A stretch of DNA of 64,000 nt from Nitrosopumilus sp. Its GTDB lineage: Archaea; Thermoproteota; Nitrososphaeria; Nitrososphaerales; Nitrosopumilaceae. Below the pieces are notes generated by a model, which was not told the origin of the DNA, searched no databases, and saw only the letters and a program-made list of their open reading frames with translations. Below, one piece after another: positions 31,292 through 42,558 of the stretch. The stretch lies in NCBI GenBank assembly GCA_965203315.1, contig OZ241857.1, positions 224,001 through 288,000 on the forward strand, read 5' to 3'. Within the stretch, counting starts at the first letter, position 1. Each line of letters starts with the position of its first letter. Both the position numbers and the translations under genes were made by a program.

Positions 31292-32539
31292 ATGAGAACC
31301 AAAACAACATCGATACTGGTTATTGCGTCCTTGATCGTAATAATGCCAGTGACGACTGCACAAGCTGATTCGTTGCCTGATCCACCACAATCTGGTGTTG
31401 ACTTTAATCTGATAGGTGCAGGTGCAACATTTCCATTCCCATTGATTGATCTGTGGCGTGTCGAGTATAACAAAATATACGACAACGTAAATCTAAACTA
31501 TCAATCTATCGGTAGTGGGGGAGGAATCAAACAACATATAGAAAAGACACTAAACTTTGCTGCATCAGACAAACCAATGAGTGAGAAAGAACTTGAACTA
31601 GCGCCAGGTACACTACACATCCCTGAATCAATGGGTGGCGTAGTTCTGGTGTATAACATACCTGAAATACCCGACAAGGGACTAAAACTGACTGGCGAGA
31701 TAATATCCCAGATATATTTGGGCGAGATTACAAAATGGAACGATCCTGCAATTACTAGCATCAATCCAGATCTGAATCTACCTGACAAGGATATTTTTCC
31801 TGCACGTAGATCAGACGGTTCTGGAACTACGTTCATCTTTACTGAATATCTCTCTGTGATCAGCTCTGATTGGGACGAAAAGATTGGTAAAGGCAAATCT
31901 GTTCAATGGCACAAAAGCCTGGGTGGGGCTGCAGCTCCTGGTAACGAAGGCGTTGCAGGTATCGTAAAATTAACTGAGTATGCTATAGGGTATATTGAAC
32001 TGGCTTATGCATTCCAGACTGGAATGTCGTTTGCGTACATTGAGAACGCTGACGGAAGCGCATTCATTGAGCCAACACTAGATAGCATATCTGCTGCATC
32101 AAGCGTAGTTGCATCTAGTCTTCCTGCTGCAAAAGACAGTTGGGTAGACGTATCGTTGGTCAACGCACCAGGTCCGGATTCGTACCCACTTGCAAGTTTT
32201 ACTTATCTGCTTGTATACGACGATCTAGCACAAGTGACTAAAAGTAAAGAACAAGCCAAAGCCGTAATCCATCTGATTCATTGGATGATCACAGATGGTC
32301 AAAATTTTGCTCCTACTTTGTTGTATGTACCACTTGCCGACAACATTACCGAACTTGGTAAAGTGGGTCTGTCACAAGTAAAGTACAACGGCGAAACTCT
32401 GTGGGAGTATGATCCGCCGACATCTATTCCATCGTGGATTCGAGATATGGCCAAGCTATGGGTCGATGGCAAAATATCTGATCAAGAATACCTCAACGGA
32501 ATTCAATATCTAGTCAGTCAAGGAATACTAAAAGTATAA
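31292..32539 (+). CDS. pstS: Phosphate ABC transporter substrate-binding protein
   Basis: GAGATFP, YQSIGSGGG and RSDGSGTT motifs; thaumarchaeal IPSWI..W..G.I.D C-terminal domain. Confidence 0.95.
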   Translation: MRTKTTSILVIASLIVIMPVTTAQADSLPDPPQSGVDFNLIGAGATFPFPLIDLWRVEYNKIYDNVNLNYQSIGSGGGIKQHIEKTLNFAASDKPMSEKELELAPGTLHIPESMGGVVLVYNIPEIPDKGLKLTGEIISQIYLGEITKWNDPAITSINPDLNLPDKDIFPARRSDGSGTTFIFTEYLSVISSDWDEKIGKGKSVQWHKSLGGAAAPGNEGVAGIVKLTEYAIGYIELAYAFQTGMSFAYIENADGSAFIEPTLDSISAASSVVASSLPAAKDSWVDVSLVNAPGPDSYPLASFTYLLVYDDLAQVTKSKEQAKAVIHLIHWMITDGQNFAPTLLYVPLADNITELGKVGLSQVKYNGETLWEYDPPTSIPSWIRDMAKLWVDGKISDQEYLNGIQYLVSQGILKV

Positions 32540-32730
32540 CTCAGTACTCTTTTTATTTTATTGTTTTTTATGGCATTAGGCGCTGACATGTCAGTTTTCT
32601 AAATGTTCATCTCTGACATGTTTTAGTATGGATCTTTTCGATTTATGTACGATGTTGTTTTAGAAAATTTCCCTTCTCACACAAATGCTCATGTGAAGCC
32701 TAGTAGTATTTTTTCCCTGTTAAATTTTTT

Positions 32731-32925
32731 GGCGATTATAAACCTACGGCCCCTAACATATTTTAAAAGAACAAATCACGATCTCGATTATTGTATCACC
32801 ACTCCATCTCCTTGAGATACAGTAAGAATTTCTTTGATCTCACGCCACGATGCTTCGTCATGTTTAATTTTGCAAATCTCCATAACCCTTCCATTCCGTT
32901 GATGTGCACATCGCCTTTTGCAAAA
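32731..32925 (-). mobile_element. IS1595 right-end remnant (preceded by a partial MITE C at 32630)
   Basis: ggcgatt...cccctaac end plus similarity to 3490-3670. Confidence 0.65.
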
Positions 32926-33139
32926 AGAACAGGCGATTAGGTATCCCTTGCCACAAATGACCCTTGAACCACGTACAAATTTAATGTCCGAAATCAGTCA
33001 AAAAAAAAAAAATGAAAGGATATATCAGAAATTGATTGAAAATTGATGGATTCTATCTCGATATGTCCAATTTCGTATCTGTTTTACTGTGTTATCGATC
33101 AGCAGGTTTGGGGGTTTGATATCCCTAATTGACTATATT

Positions 33140-33649
33140 TTAAAAAAATTCCACTAATACCTTATTGAGGTTACAAATAAAAACCTCATCATTTCCTAAA
33201 TAGTTTATGTCTATTGCTCTCTGATCGATCTGTGCTTTTGTAATGTTAAACTTAGTTATACATGATTTAATGTCCGTCTTGTCTCTGTCGTTTAGTCTCG
33301 CAATTTTTGTAATTATGATATCTACAGGATCTAAAGATCTCAGATCGATACTTTTAAAATTAGTTATGATGGGAATGCTCTTTTCTAGATAATCTTTAGG
33401 TAGGACTGTTATAAATACACTACCGCCCTTATAGACATCTATTCGGAAGCCAGGTTGTACAATTTTTCTTGCAGATTCAAATTCTTCATAATATTCACAC
33501 GGAATGGTGAAATCGACATCTAATGTAGATGGTTTTAGGTTCAGTAGAGTCATGGCTGTACCGCCTACTGCAACTATTGTGATTCTGTTCGAGATCTCTT
33601 TGTCTATCTCATTTAAAAAATCCAATAGTTTTGCTTTATCTAATGACAT
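33140..33649 (-). CDS. Pol-beta-like nucleotidyltransferase (DUF6036/AbiEii-like)
   Basis: VGGTAM......ST.DVDF and K..R...RD..D motifs. Confidence 0.8.
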   Translation of the reverse strand: MSLDKAKLLDFLNEIDKEISNRITIVAVGGTAMTLLNLKPSTLDVDFTIPCEYYEEFESARKIVQPGFRIDVYKGGSVFITVLPKDYLEKSIPIITNFKSIDLRSLDPVDIIITKIARLNDRDKTDIKSCITKFNITKAQIDQRAIDINYLGNDEVFICNLNKVLVEFF

Positions 33650-34703
33650 TGTATATTTTCAACCTCTCTTTGATGTTGTCGATGTCCATGTTTGCCTTTT
33701 TTACTCCTGCTGTTTCTAACAACTTTATTGGTTCATCCACAACCTTGATCTCGCATATTGGCATATCTCTTAATACTCGTAGTATGCCGAGTAGTCTATC
33801 GCCGAACTCGTACTTTAGTGCAAGAAACAACAAGAGATCGTACTTTATCTTTGGATTCTTTGCGATAATTACTGGAATAGATTCTACCGTCCTCAAATCA
33901 TCATGAAACATTACAGCAGATATGATATACTCTATACAGAACAGTTTACCTTGTTTGACTTTGTTACCGATCTCTGTATATCCAAATCTTGCAAGATTGT
34001 ATATAATATCTTCTTGAGCTATCTTGGGAACGCCTTCATGTTTTGCATCGGAGGCTTTGATTCCTGATACTTCGTCTTTTACAGTCAACCAAAAGTCTTG
34101 CGGATGCAATATTACAATCTTGTCGTATAGCATCTCTCTGACCATGTTATGCTCGTTTGATTTGAGTAGATCTAGAAATGCTATATCTTCTAATGTGAGA
34201 CAATCTATTCTTATGTTGTAGATCGTTTGTAATCTTTTTACTGCTGTATGAATATCGATCTTTATCCTAGTTGCTCTTTTGGTGTTGGATCCTTTTAGAT
34301 AGACTAGCATCTCTATCTTGTTTAATCTTGCATTATTTTCTGGATATATCAGTAATGCACAAGATATTAGAGGAATTTTGAGTAGATGAGTATAGATATC
34401 TGACAAAAGAATCTGTAACTCTTGTTTCCCTCGTACAAATTCACGTTTGCGTTTAAACTCCATCTCTGCGAGCATATCCGCTATAACATAACTGTTGAAA
34501 TTTAGTGATACGAGTGTTGATCTGCCTATCTTCGTTAGTAATGTGATCTCTTCTTGTTCTAGTTGTTTGATCTTTTCATAAGTGTTGGCGTAATGAGCAC
34601 TATTGTATCTCTCTTTAATCTCTCTTCTGATCTCACTAATGGATGTGGGAATTCCTATCCTCCGTGACATTACGTCTAGTACTTTGTATGTTAAATCCAT
34701 CAC
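33636..34703 (-). CDS. wHTH-containing protein; putative antitoxin/regulator of the NTase
   Basis: N-terminal wHTH-like segment; 14-nt overlap with the NTase gene. Confidence 0.6.
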   Translation of the reverse strand: MMDLTYKVLDVMSRRIGIPTSISEIRREIKERYNSAHYANTYEKIKQLEQEEITLLTKIGRSTLVSLNFNSYVIADMLAEMEFKRKREFVRGKQELQILLSDIYTHLLKIPLISCALLIYPENNARLNKIEMLVYLKGSNTKRATRIKIDIHTAVKRLQTIYNIRIDCLTLEDIAFLDLLKSNEHNMVREMLYDKIVILHPQDFWLTVKDEVSGIKASDAKHEGVPKIAQEDIIYNLARFGYTEIGNKVKQGKLFCIEYIISAVMFHDDLRTVESIPVIIAKNPKIKYDLLLFLALKYEFGDRLLGILRVLRDMPICEIKVVDEPIKLLETAGVKKANMDIDNIKERLKIYNVIR

Positions 34704-34713
34704 ATCATCTACT

Positions 34714-34736
34714 TATTATAGTAAAATACTATAATA
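34714..34736. promoter_or_regulatory. Perfect 10-bp inverted repeat, putative operator
   Basis: tattatagta-aaa-tactataata just upstream of the 34703 start. Confidence 0.55.
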
Positions 34737-34872
34737 TTATACTTTTTGACTATATGTGCTATACAGGCTGTATCATGTACAAGTGTGCTGACAAACCAAC
34801 CTCGAGTTGACGATGACATTAGAGAATCTAGTCGATCATATTATGGGCAGATGCCTAGTCTTCTGAGATTCT

Positions 34873-35046
34873 GGTTCTGTTCAATTGACGGGGGCTGAGA
34901 TCGTTATGACATTATCTCAAAGAACGCACACTATGAGACTCAAAACAGTAGAATTTACAATAGTCGATATGAGACTGTTTCCATATTTTGCAAAGTTTCG
35001 AGAACTTTGTGCAGAAAATGCCAACCCCCGTCAAATGAACAGAACC
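34873..35046. mobile_element. MITE family B copy
   Basis: TIR ggttctgttcaattgacgggg / ccccgtcaaatgaacagaacc. Confidence 0.88.
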
Positions 35047-35179
35047 TATGCTACCAATTTATCAAAACACTCATCAGACAGTTATCTAGACATCTAGGAT
35101 ACTCTGATTATCAAAGTTGCATTGTGGTCTATATGATTTGTCTTGGACAGAAAGTGGTCTATTCTAGACGGGACATCCG

Positions 35180-36223
35180 TCACTCTCTTGATATCACACT
35201 TTGAATATTCTCATCTATCGCAACCTCGGCTATGTCGCTAGAGTACTCTGCAATTCGTCTCAGGTCTTCTAACAAGAATCTGATGATCATGGCATTCTCG
35301 TCTGAACTCTGAATCGTGTCTCTGATACTCTTCTCCTCTGTAACTATATCACTGATCTTTGAGGCTACATGCTCGCCTTTATCAAAATCATGTTCCTGTA
35401 CTGCCGTCACTGCCTCTTCAAAGACCGCAAGCGAGCTCTCTACTAGTCCGTTTATCTTTGTCAGCTGTTTTGGCTTGATCTTGTCATTCATGAATTTAAC
35501 TCGTTTTGCAACAAGTACGGCATGATCTGCAATGCGTTCTATTCTGCTTATTACCGCTCTATATCCTAAACAATCTGATGTCTTTTGTAGTCCCATATCT
35601 TTTAAGACAAGTTCGTTTCCAACGGCAATTACGAGATTACGTCTCATGTATAGTCCAAACCGATCTACCTCATCGTCCATGCTGACTACTTCCTCTGCAT
35701 GAATCAGATCCACCTCTGACATTGACTCAATCGCCTCAACTATCATATTGATTGCCATCAGATACATTCTCTTTAGTGCAATCTCAAATGAGAGCTCTGG
35801 CAGTCTAGCGAGTACTTGGATCACTATGCTCTCAGAGCTGGATTCAACTATCTCGGTTCCGATCATTGCAGAACGCACCAACTCTCTGATCGTCTTTGTG
35901 TGCTCTGGAGATATCATTATTCCTTTCGTTGTGATCTTGATGGTCTTGTATCCAGACAAGTATACAGAGATTATCTTTCGTTTGATGCTATCGCTAGACT
36001 CGGAACTGTTTGACTCTATGACGGCAGTCGTCTGTGCAACTTGATTGCTGTGATTCGGTACTAGTGTAAGTGATTGATCTGAATTCTTTATCATCGTTAT
36101 GTCGTCTCCGACGTTTATTCCTAGATCTCTTACCCATCTCTTTGGGAGTGATATGATAAAAGTTGAACCACCACTAAGATGTATGCGTCTAGTCTGTGAA
36201 CTCTCTATAGTCATCGTTATCAT
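35180..36223 (-). CDS. Archaeal phosphate uptake regulator (AbrB-like plus PhoU domains)
   Basis: RRI...GGST..ISLPK.W N-terminus; DDEVDR and ERIADHA PhoU motifs. Confidence 0.9.
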   Translation of the reverse strand: MITMTIESSQTRRIHLSGGSTFIISLPKRWVRDLGINVGDDITMIKNSDQSLTLVPNHSNQVAQTTAVIESNSSESSDSIKRKIISVYLSGYKTIKITTKGIMISPEHTKTIRELVRSAMIGTEIVESSSESIVIQVLARLPELSFEIALKRMYLMAINMIVEAIESMSEVDLIHAEEVVSMDDEVDRFGLYMRRNLVIAVGNELVLKDMGLQKTSDCLGYRAVISRIERIADHAVLVAKRVKFMNDKIKPKQLTKINGLVESSLAVFEEAVTAVQEHDFDKGEHVASKISDIVTEEKSIRDTIQSSDENAMIIRFLLEDLRRIAEYSSDIAEVAIDENIQSVISRE

Positions 36224-36334
36224 GTACTTGCTGTCGTCTATTATTTACGTCTAGTTGGTATTCTATATAGAACTATACATGTATTGTAAAATATGATCAT
36301 ATTCTACTTAACTTTAACAACTAGGCTTTAACTT

Positions 36335-37312
36335 GTGATCAGAGCAAAGATCAAACCAGATAAACCCGGTAGACTAGCAATATCTGACAAGATCTTCAAG
36401 ATTGCAGCACTGGCTGCTGGCGCATACGTTCTCGTAATGATAGCTCTGTTGGTATTTCAATTGATTACCGAGTCTTATCCTGTGTGGGAAGAGGAAGGAC
36501 TGGGATTTATTACAGGTACAGACTGGAATGCAGTCGAAGGACGAGAGTCGTTTGGGGCACTACCATACATTCTTGGAACACTAGTCACTGCGGGTCTCGC
36601 AATGCTGATCGGTGTTCCATTGAGTATTGGTATTGCGATGTTTATATCGGACGCACCAGCAAAGATTGGTGGTCCACTCGGTTTTATAGTTGAACTATTA
36701 GCTGCTGTCCCTAGTGTTATCTATGGTCTCTGGGGACTGTTTGTATTTCGAATATACTTTAAAGATTGGATCGAGACTCCTCTACATGATGCCTTTGGCG
36801 ACTCGATCTTTCTATTCTCTGGTACTCCATTTGGACTAGATATACTCACAGCTAGCGTTGTACTGGCGATCATGATCATACCTACAGTCTCTGCTGTCTC
36901 TCGTGAAGTGATGAAGGCTGTACCTCAACAACAGAAAGAGGCTGCATACATGTTGGGCGCAACAAAGTGGGAGATGTTCAAACTTGCTGTATTTCCTTAC
37001 TCCAAGACCGGTCTGATCGGAGCATCCATTCTAGGTCTTGGTAGAGCAGTAGGTGAGACGATGGCAGTTACAATGCTTATCGGAAACGCTACCGGTGCAT
37101 CTGCTACTCCATCATCGTTCTTCGAGCCCAGCCAAACCATGTCTAGTATTATCGCAAACGAGTTTGTAGAGGCATCCCCCGCATCTATTCATCTTCCTGC
37201 ATTGATCGGTGTTGCTCTGGTATTGTTGTTGATTGCAATTGTGATAAACGTTGTAGCACACATGTTGGTTACTAGAATGTTAAAGGTAAAAGAGGGTGCA
37301 ATAAACAATTGA
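36335..37312 (+). CDS. pstC: Phosphate ABC transporter permease
   Basis: ELLAAVPSVIYGLWG, EAAY.LGAT.WE and GRAVGETMAV motifs. Confidence 0.95.
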   Translation: MIRAKIKPDKPGRLAISDKIFKIAALAAGAYVLVMIALLVFQLITESYPVWEEEGLGFITGTDWNAVEGRESFGALPYILGTLVTAGLAMLIGVPLSIGIAMFISDAPAKIGGPLGFIVELLAAVPSVIYGLWGLFVFRIYFKDWIETPLHDAFGDSIFLFSGTPFGLDILTASVVLAIMIIPTVSAVSREVMKAVPQQQKEAAYMLGATKWEMFKLAVFPYSKTGLIGASILGLGRAVGETMAVTMLIGNATGASATPSSFFEPSQTMSSIIANEFVEASPASIHLPALIGVALVLLLIAIVINVVAHMLVTRMLKVKEGAINN

Positions 37313-38232
37313 GTACGTCTAGCCAGAGACGCCAAGAGTATCGTAAACTCTTCAAACAGAACGTCGCGAATAGGTTGCTCGTCGACAAGGCAATGCGTAT
37401 TGTGATATTTTCGTGTGTGGTAATAGCAATCATTCCTCTGGGCAGCATCCTCTTGGAAGTTTTCAAGAACGGAATAGCTGCAATCAGTTATGAATTTCTG
37501 ACTGCAACTCCTGGCGCTATCGGCACAGGTGAGGGAGGAATAGGTCCTGCGATTCAAGGCACATTGATAATAATAGGTCTCTCTAGCTTGCTCGGTGTTC
37601 CCATCGGAGTGATGTCGGGAATATTTCTCTCCGAGTATGGCGATAACAGACTTGCCAAGAACGTCAGATTCTTCAACGATGTATTCATGGAGTTTCCGTC
37701 CATAGTTTTAGGAATCTTTGCATTCTTGGTGATCGTATTGTTGTTGGGTCACTTTTCTATCTGGGCTGGTGCATTTGCGCTATCTCTGATCATGTTTCCC
37801 ATAGTTGCACGTACAACAGAAGAGTCTCTAAAGATGGTTCCGGTTACATATCGTGAAGCTGGGACTGCACTAGGACTCAAAAAATGGGTGATAACATTTC
37901 GTATAGTCGTCTCTGCTGCAAAGAACGGAATGATCACTGGCGTATTGTTGTCTGTATCTAGAATAGGCGGTGAGACCGCTCCATTGATAATGACGATTCT
38001 TGGCAGCAGTCAGTTCTTTAGCGGATTTGACGTACCTATGGATGCACTCCCACTACGAATCTGGCGACTCTCTCTACTTCCATATGATAGCGCACAACTA
38101 CAAGGGTGGGGCGCAGCACTTGTATTGATAATAATAATACTTGGAATAAATCTTGCAGTGCGTTACTTTTTTGCAGATCGACGAAACAGTAATATTCTTA
38201 CAATCTTTAGACTGAGGCATAGGAGAGATTGA
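37309..38232 (+). CDS. pstA: Phosphate ABC transporter permease
   Basis: PSIV.GIF, EA..ALG and RI.GETAPL motifs. Confidence 0.95.
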   Translation: MSTSSQRRQEYRKLFKQNVANRLLVDKAMRIVIFSCVVIAIIPLGSILLEVFKNGIAAISYEFLTATPGAIGTGEGGIGPAIQGTLIIIGLSSLLGVPIGVMSGIFLSEYGDNRLAKNVRFFNDVFMEFPSIVLGIFAFLVIVLLLGHFSIWAGAFALSLIMFPIVARTTEESLKMVPVTYREAGTALGLKKWVITFRIVVSAAKNGMITGVLLSVSRIGGETAPLIMTILGSSQFFSGFDVPMDALPLRIWRLSLLPYDSAQLQGWGAALVLIIIILGINLAVRYFFADRRNSNILTIFRLRHRRD

Positions 38233-39050
38233 CCGCGTTATCAATGAAACCTAGTATAGAGACCTCTGATTCGATCAATGTTACATCTCCACCACGATAC
38301 AAGATGATAGCACAAGATGTTACAGTAAAGTATAGCGGTATACCTGCTGTCAAGAACGTTACTATAAAGTTTCCCGATAGATCTGTTACTGCGTTGATTG
38401 GCCCATCTGGGTGTGGCAAGACCACATTTCTGCGATGTTTGAATCGGATGCATGATATGACAAAGAATGCAAACGTAACTGGAAAGGTAATGATAGATGA
38501 GATCGATCTATACGACAAGTCAATCGATCCAATATATCACCGCAGAAAGGTTGGCATGGTCTTTCAGAAACCCAATCCGTTTCCAACAATGTCGATATAT
38601 GATAATGTTACAGCTGGTTTAAAGTTAAACGGAGTTCGAGACAGAGAGATACTAGACGAGATAGTCGAAGACTCGTTAAAGATGGCATATCTGTGGGATG
38701 AGGTAAAAGATGATCTGAAAAAGTCAGCAATAGAGCTCTCTGGTGGACAACAGCAACGACTATGCATTGCACGAGCACTTGCAATACAGCCAGAGGTCTT
38801 GCTGATGGACGAACCTGCATCTGCTCTGGATCCTATAGCGACACAAAAGATCGAAGAGACTATAACTGAACTAAAGAAAGAGTACACTGTAATTATAGTA
38901 ACACACAATATGCAACAAGCAATGCGTGTATCCGATTATACAGGATTTATGTATCTGGGCGATCTTGTCGAATTTAATGAAACAAAAAAGATATTCACCG
39001 ATCCCATCAACGAACTTACTGCCAAATACGTTCAAGGTCAATTTGGATAA
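38229..39050 (+). CDS. pstB: Phosphate ABC transporter ATPase
   Basis: [26 protein letters not shown] and MDEP motifs. Confidence 0.96.
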   Translation: MTALSMKPSIETSDSINVTSPPRYKMIAQDVTVKYSGIPAVKNVTIKFPDRSVTALIGPSGCGKTTFLRCLNRMHDMTKNANVTGKVMIDEIDLYDKSIDPIYHRRKVGMVFQKPNPFPTMSIYDNVTAGLKLNGVRDREILDEIVEDSLKMAYLWDEVKDDLKKSAIELSGGQQQRLCIARALAIQPEVLLMDEPASALDPIATQKIEETITELKKEYTVIIVTHNMQQAMRVSDYTGFMYLGDLVEFNETKKIFTDPINELTAKYVQGQFG

Positions 39051-39712
39051 TGACAAGACTCATTGATCCCTCGTTACAAAAACTATCGCAGACCATGTCA
39101 GAGATGGGTGACATGGTTGGTAGATCTATATCTCTTGCGATAGAGTCATACACAGAGAACAAGAACACAATGAATAAAGTCTTTGAACTGTCTAGCTCTA
39201 TTCGCCTCAAGTACTTTGAAGTAGAGGACTTGACATTTGATATGTTGCTACAGTATCAACCGGTAGCTGATGACTTTAGACTGATTCGTTCATCTACAGA
39301 GATATCGTATGCATTCTCTAGACTTGGCCGTTATGCATATGATATAACTCTGGTTAGAGACGACTTTGGTAACATATCTAAATGCATCAGTCCGTTCCTC
39401 ATAGAATCATCAACCAGAGTTCGACAGATGATCAAAGATGCTGTAATGTCTTTTGCAGAACTTGACATACGCAAAGCAGTAGAGATTCGTGCACACGAGT
39501 CATTTGTTGATAATATCTATCGAGCTCGTATACCTCAACTCATAAACTCTAGCAACACTAGGTGTGCACTTGCAGAGACACTGCTGTTGAGATATCTAGA
39601 ACGAATTGGTGATCATGCTGTCTTTATGAGTGATGCCGTCAACTATATCGTAACTGGAAAACATAGACCAACAAAAGAAGAGATTGCTTCACACACTTGT
39701 GTATATGACTGA
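39050..39712 (+). CDS. phoU: PhoU-family protein
   Basis: QPVA.D.R and LERIGDHA motifs; follows pstB. Confidence 0.9.
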   Translation: MTRLIDPSLQKLSQTMSEMGDMVGRSISLAIESYTENKNTMNKVFELSSSIRLKYFEVEDLTFDMLLQYQPVADDFRLIRSSTEISYAFSRLGRYAYDITLVRDDFGNISKCISPFLIESSTRVRQMIKDAVMSFAELDIRKAVEIRAHESFVDNIYRARIPQLINSSNTRCALAETLLLRYLERIGDHAVFMSDAVNYIVTGKHRPTKEEIASHTCVYD

Positions 39713-39985
39713 GCTGATTATGCTGTCGATTAGAATTTTTACAGACGATTAAAAACAAGGTGACTATAAATTATCTGAACATTCCGCCACACATGTATTT
39801 TACTCGTACACGTGATAGACACAATGTATTAGATTCTATGGAATATAGATTGATTGTTGTAAATCATTACTTGTAATTACATTGGATAATTTGAGGCGTT
39901 CAAGTCTTGTATTTTGGTTCACAAATCATCAAATCAAGAGTCCGTTTTTGATCATGCTTAATTATTATAATGTACTAGTAATTTC

Positions 39986-40372
39986 GTGAAACAGTATACC
40001 GTTGTCATTGGTATCGGAATAGCTGTGATCGGCGTCATGGTCATAATCTTTGGAATGGATATTGCCAAGCTCTCTGTATCAACTCAAGATTATGATATCT
40101 TTGTTGATCCCCTCTTGGATAAGCAGAATCTCTTTGTAGTGGGTCGTGTAACTATTCAAAACACTGGACATCTACCATTGACAAATGTTCAAGTAAACTT
40201 TGGTGACGGTGACGTGCAGCGTATAGGTACACTTGAAGTTGGCAAAAAGATAATCGTATCCCCTCCACCTGGAAACCCCATGGAGATCGTTATGGTTAGT
40301 GCAGACAATGATGTTCTAGTGAGCAAAGGTTATCGAGAGATGCCTAAAATGGTCGGTATGATGGGATCTTGA
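39986..40372 (+). CDS. Membrane-anchored Ig-like hypothetical protein
   Basis: N-terminal TM and V.IQNTG..PLTNV motif. Confidence 0.7.
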   Translation: MKQYTVVIGIGIAVIGVMVIIFGMDIAKLSVSTQDYDIFVDPLLDKQNLFVVGRVTIQNTGHLPLTNVQVNFGDGDVQRIGTLEVGKKIIVSPPPGNPMEIVMVSADNDVLVSKGYREMPKMVGMMGS

Positions 40373-40567
40373 TTTGATGATCATACGTTCTAACAAAGTT
40401 CAAACTCTAGATTCATGTGTGTGACGCCTCTAGCAAATTATGGTACTTTTATATGCCATACACTACATTTCTGTACATTTCTGTACAGTTATTGCATCTG
40501 CGATCCAAGATCTAATGACAAGAGTCAAGACTTAAGCTATTAAATACGTCCAAGCTGTATAACATAC

Positions 40568-40867
40568 ATGGCATCGCCCATTGTAATCCCGATCATAATT
40601 GTAGCAGTTGCAGGTCTAGCAACATATCTGGTATATCGGTATATCGTGTTCGATCATTTGTGTAAAAGTAAACTAGATCAAATTCTCTTGAGGTATAATA
40701 TCGGCAAGACGCCTGCTCAGATAATCAAAGAGTTTTACGAACACAAGGGAGAAGATATCTCGCATGCACAAATAAAATCTATGGAACGACACTATCGTCA
40801 AACGGATCCAGAGCAGTTTTTGATAATGTATGACGAGATACGCGAACGAGAGCGCGAGCGATCCTAA
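40568..40867 (+). CDS. Small membrane-anchored hypothetical protein
   Basis: N-terminal TM; TATA-like sequence upstream. Confidence 0.7.
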   Translation: MASPIVIPIIIVAVAGLATYLVYRYIVFDHLCKSKLDQILLRYNIGKTPAQIIKEFYEHKGEDISHAQIKSMERHYRQTDPEQFLIMYDEIRERERERS

Positions 40868-41003
40868 ATATAGTTGCAAATACGATTATCTTTATCTGAC
40901 ACTACAATCTAGTTTGTCTATTCTGCTAGAATCTATGTGAACGAACGCATACAAAAAAAAAGGAAAAATAATTTCACTTGTGATTATAGATCTAAATTAC
41001 GGC

Positions 41004-41876
41004 CTACTGTTGAGATGATACTGGAATCTGGATGAATGGTGTTCCACCTTCTCCTACTACTAGGGGTAACTTGCCATCCCATTCTTTCGTCTTCAACCAT
41101 TCTAGATAGTTCGGGTTTTGTGCTAGCGCGTCATTTATTATGGATATGGCTTCAGCTTCACCTTTTGCTTCCGCAATATTTGCATTTGCAATGCCTATTG
41201 CCTGCGCTTCACGCTGTCTTGCCTCGACTTCTATACGTCGCAGATCGTTCTCAGCTTTTAGTGCATTCTGTTCTGCCTCTACTTTGGACTCTATAGCTTG
41301 TGCGAATAGTGGTGAGAACTCGAAATCGGTTATAGAGATTACTTCTGTGACGACTCTAAACTTTTCCAGACGTTCCCTGATCGAAAACTCAATATCTTGT
41401 TTGACTTGGGGTCTCTTTGTTATCAACTCTTCTGCGTTATAGTTTGCAGTGACTTGTTTGACGGTCTCTTCTATTGCAGGCTGAATGACTCTATTCTCAT
41501 AGTCTAGTCCTAAATCTTTATACAAGTTGTGAACCGACTCTCGATTTGGATGATAGTTAACGGTTACTGTAGTTTCTACTGTCTGAAGATCCTTTGATGC
41601 ACTACTAGTCTCTTTTTCATACTTTAACGTACGAACTTCGATGTTTATGACCTCATCTTGAAATGGGATCACAAAATGGAGACCTTCATCTAATGGCGGA
41701 TTATTTAGATCTACTGCATTCCAATGTAGCAATACACCACGATGTCCTGCATCAACTATCTTTACTGACGCAGTAACTACAACTCCCAAGATCGCCAATA
41801 CTAATATTGATATGAGCACTATCTTGGCTGCATTCATATTCACATTCATTTTTGGAGACTGATATCTCGACATCAA
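41004..41876 (-). CDS. SPFH/prohibitin (band 7) family protein
   Basis: TM anchor; GHRGV, EGLHF..P, SKDLQ.V and F..AIE.K motifs. Confidence 0.92.
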   Translation of the reverse strand: MMSRYQSPKMNVNMNAAKIVLISILVLAILGVVVTASVKIVDAGHRGVLLHWNAVDLNNPPLDEGLHFVIPFQDEVINIEVRTLKYEKETSSASKDLQTVETTVTVNYHPNRESVHNLYKDLGLDYENRVIQPAIEETVKQVTANYNAEELITKRPQVKQDIEFSIRERLEKFRVVTEVISITDFEFSPLFAQAIESKVEAEQNALKAENDLRRIEVEARQREAQAIGIANANIAEAKGEAEAISIINDALAQNPNYLEWLKTKEWDGKLPLVVGEGGTPFIQIPVSSQQ

Positions 41877-42537
41877 TCATAATGACACATGTTCATATTA
41901 ATACCATGTGTTGATTCTATGTTGTGTAAGGCTAAGGCAGTGTCGATACGACATTGGATACTAAAATCAAACAATCAATAGATCGTACTTGTAACTATGT
42001 CTTACCCTCTCGGCATAAACAAATCGTCTAGTCTCTAAATACAAACTTGAGAGAATTATCAATCATATACAAAACATTGCTTAATGCAGATGATTTTGTA
42101 AATCTGAAATCTAGTCTTGTTCCTCTAGTTTATGATTCTATTTTGTAAGCATCTAGCTTGACAACGTTCTTGTTGTGTTTTGAGCATCAGGGTATTGATG
42201 TATTATTTGCACGACATACGAATCTCCTATTTCATATGTCTGTGTAACAGGACTTGTCTTGGAGAATTCTTGACATCTCATCCTTATTCATGTCACGTTC
42301 ACTACATGTAAAGGTAAACAGCAGACCGCACAACCATACCTCGTTTTGATGTAAAATGTATAGATGTATTACTATTGGACACATGTATGGTTCTGTCTAG
42401 TTGTTTGTGGATATGATTCGATGGCATCATGCTTTGATAGTGTGTTTGATTTTTGTGTCCATGTCGTATCAACATGTTATCGTACTTTTGAGTAATTGCT
42501 ACGAGATGATATTCTACAAGGTACTTTTATAAGTCAT

Positions 42538-42550
42538 GGGGGGGGGGGGG
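42538..42550. repeat. G13 homopolymer at the 5' end of the surface-protein gene
   Basis: Counted directly; lies between TTTTATAA and a TTG start at 42559. Confidence 0.85.
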
Positions 42551-42558
42551 AGTGCTTA

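Noticed and set aside
34885-35204. Short ORFs over MITEs and antisense to real genes (many in the ORF track)
   Set aside because: They overlap repeats or well-supported genes and have no motifs
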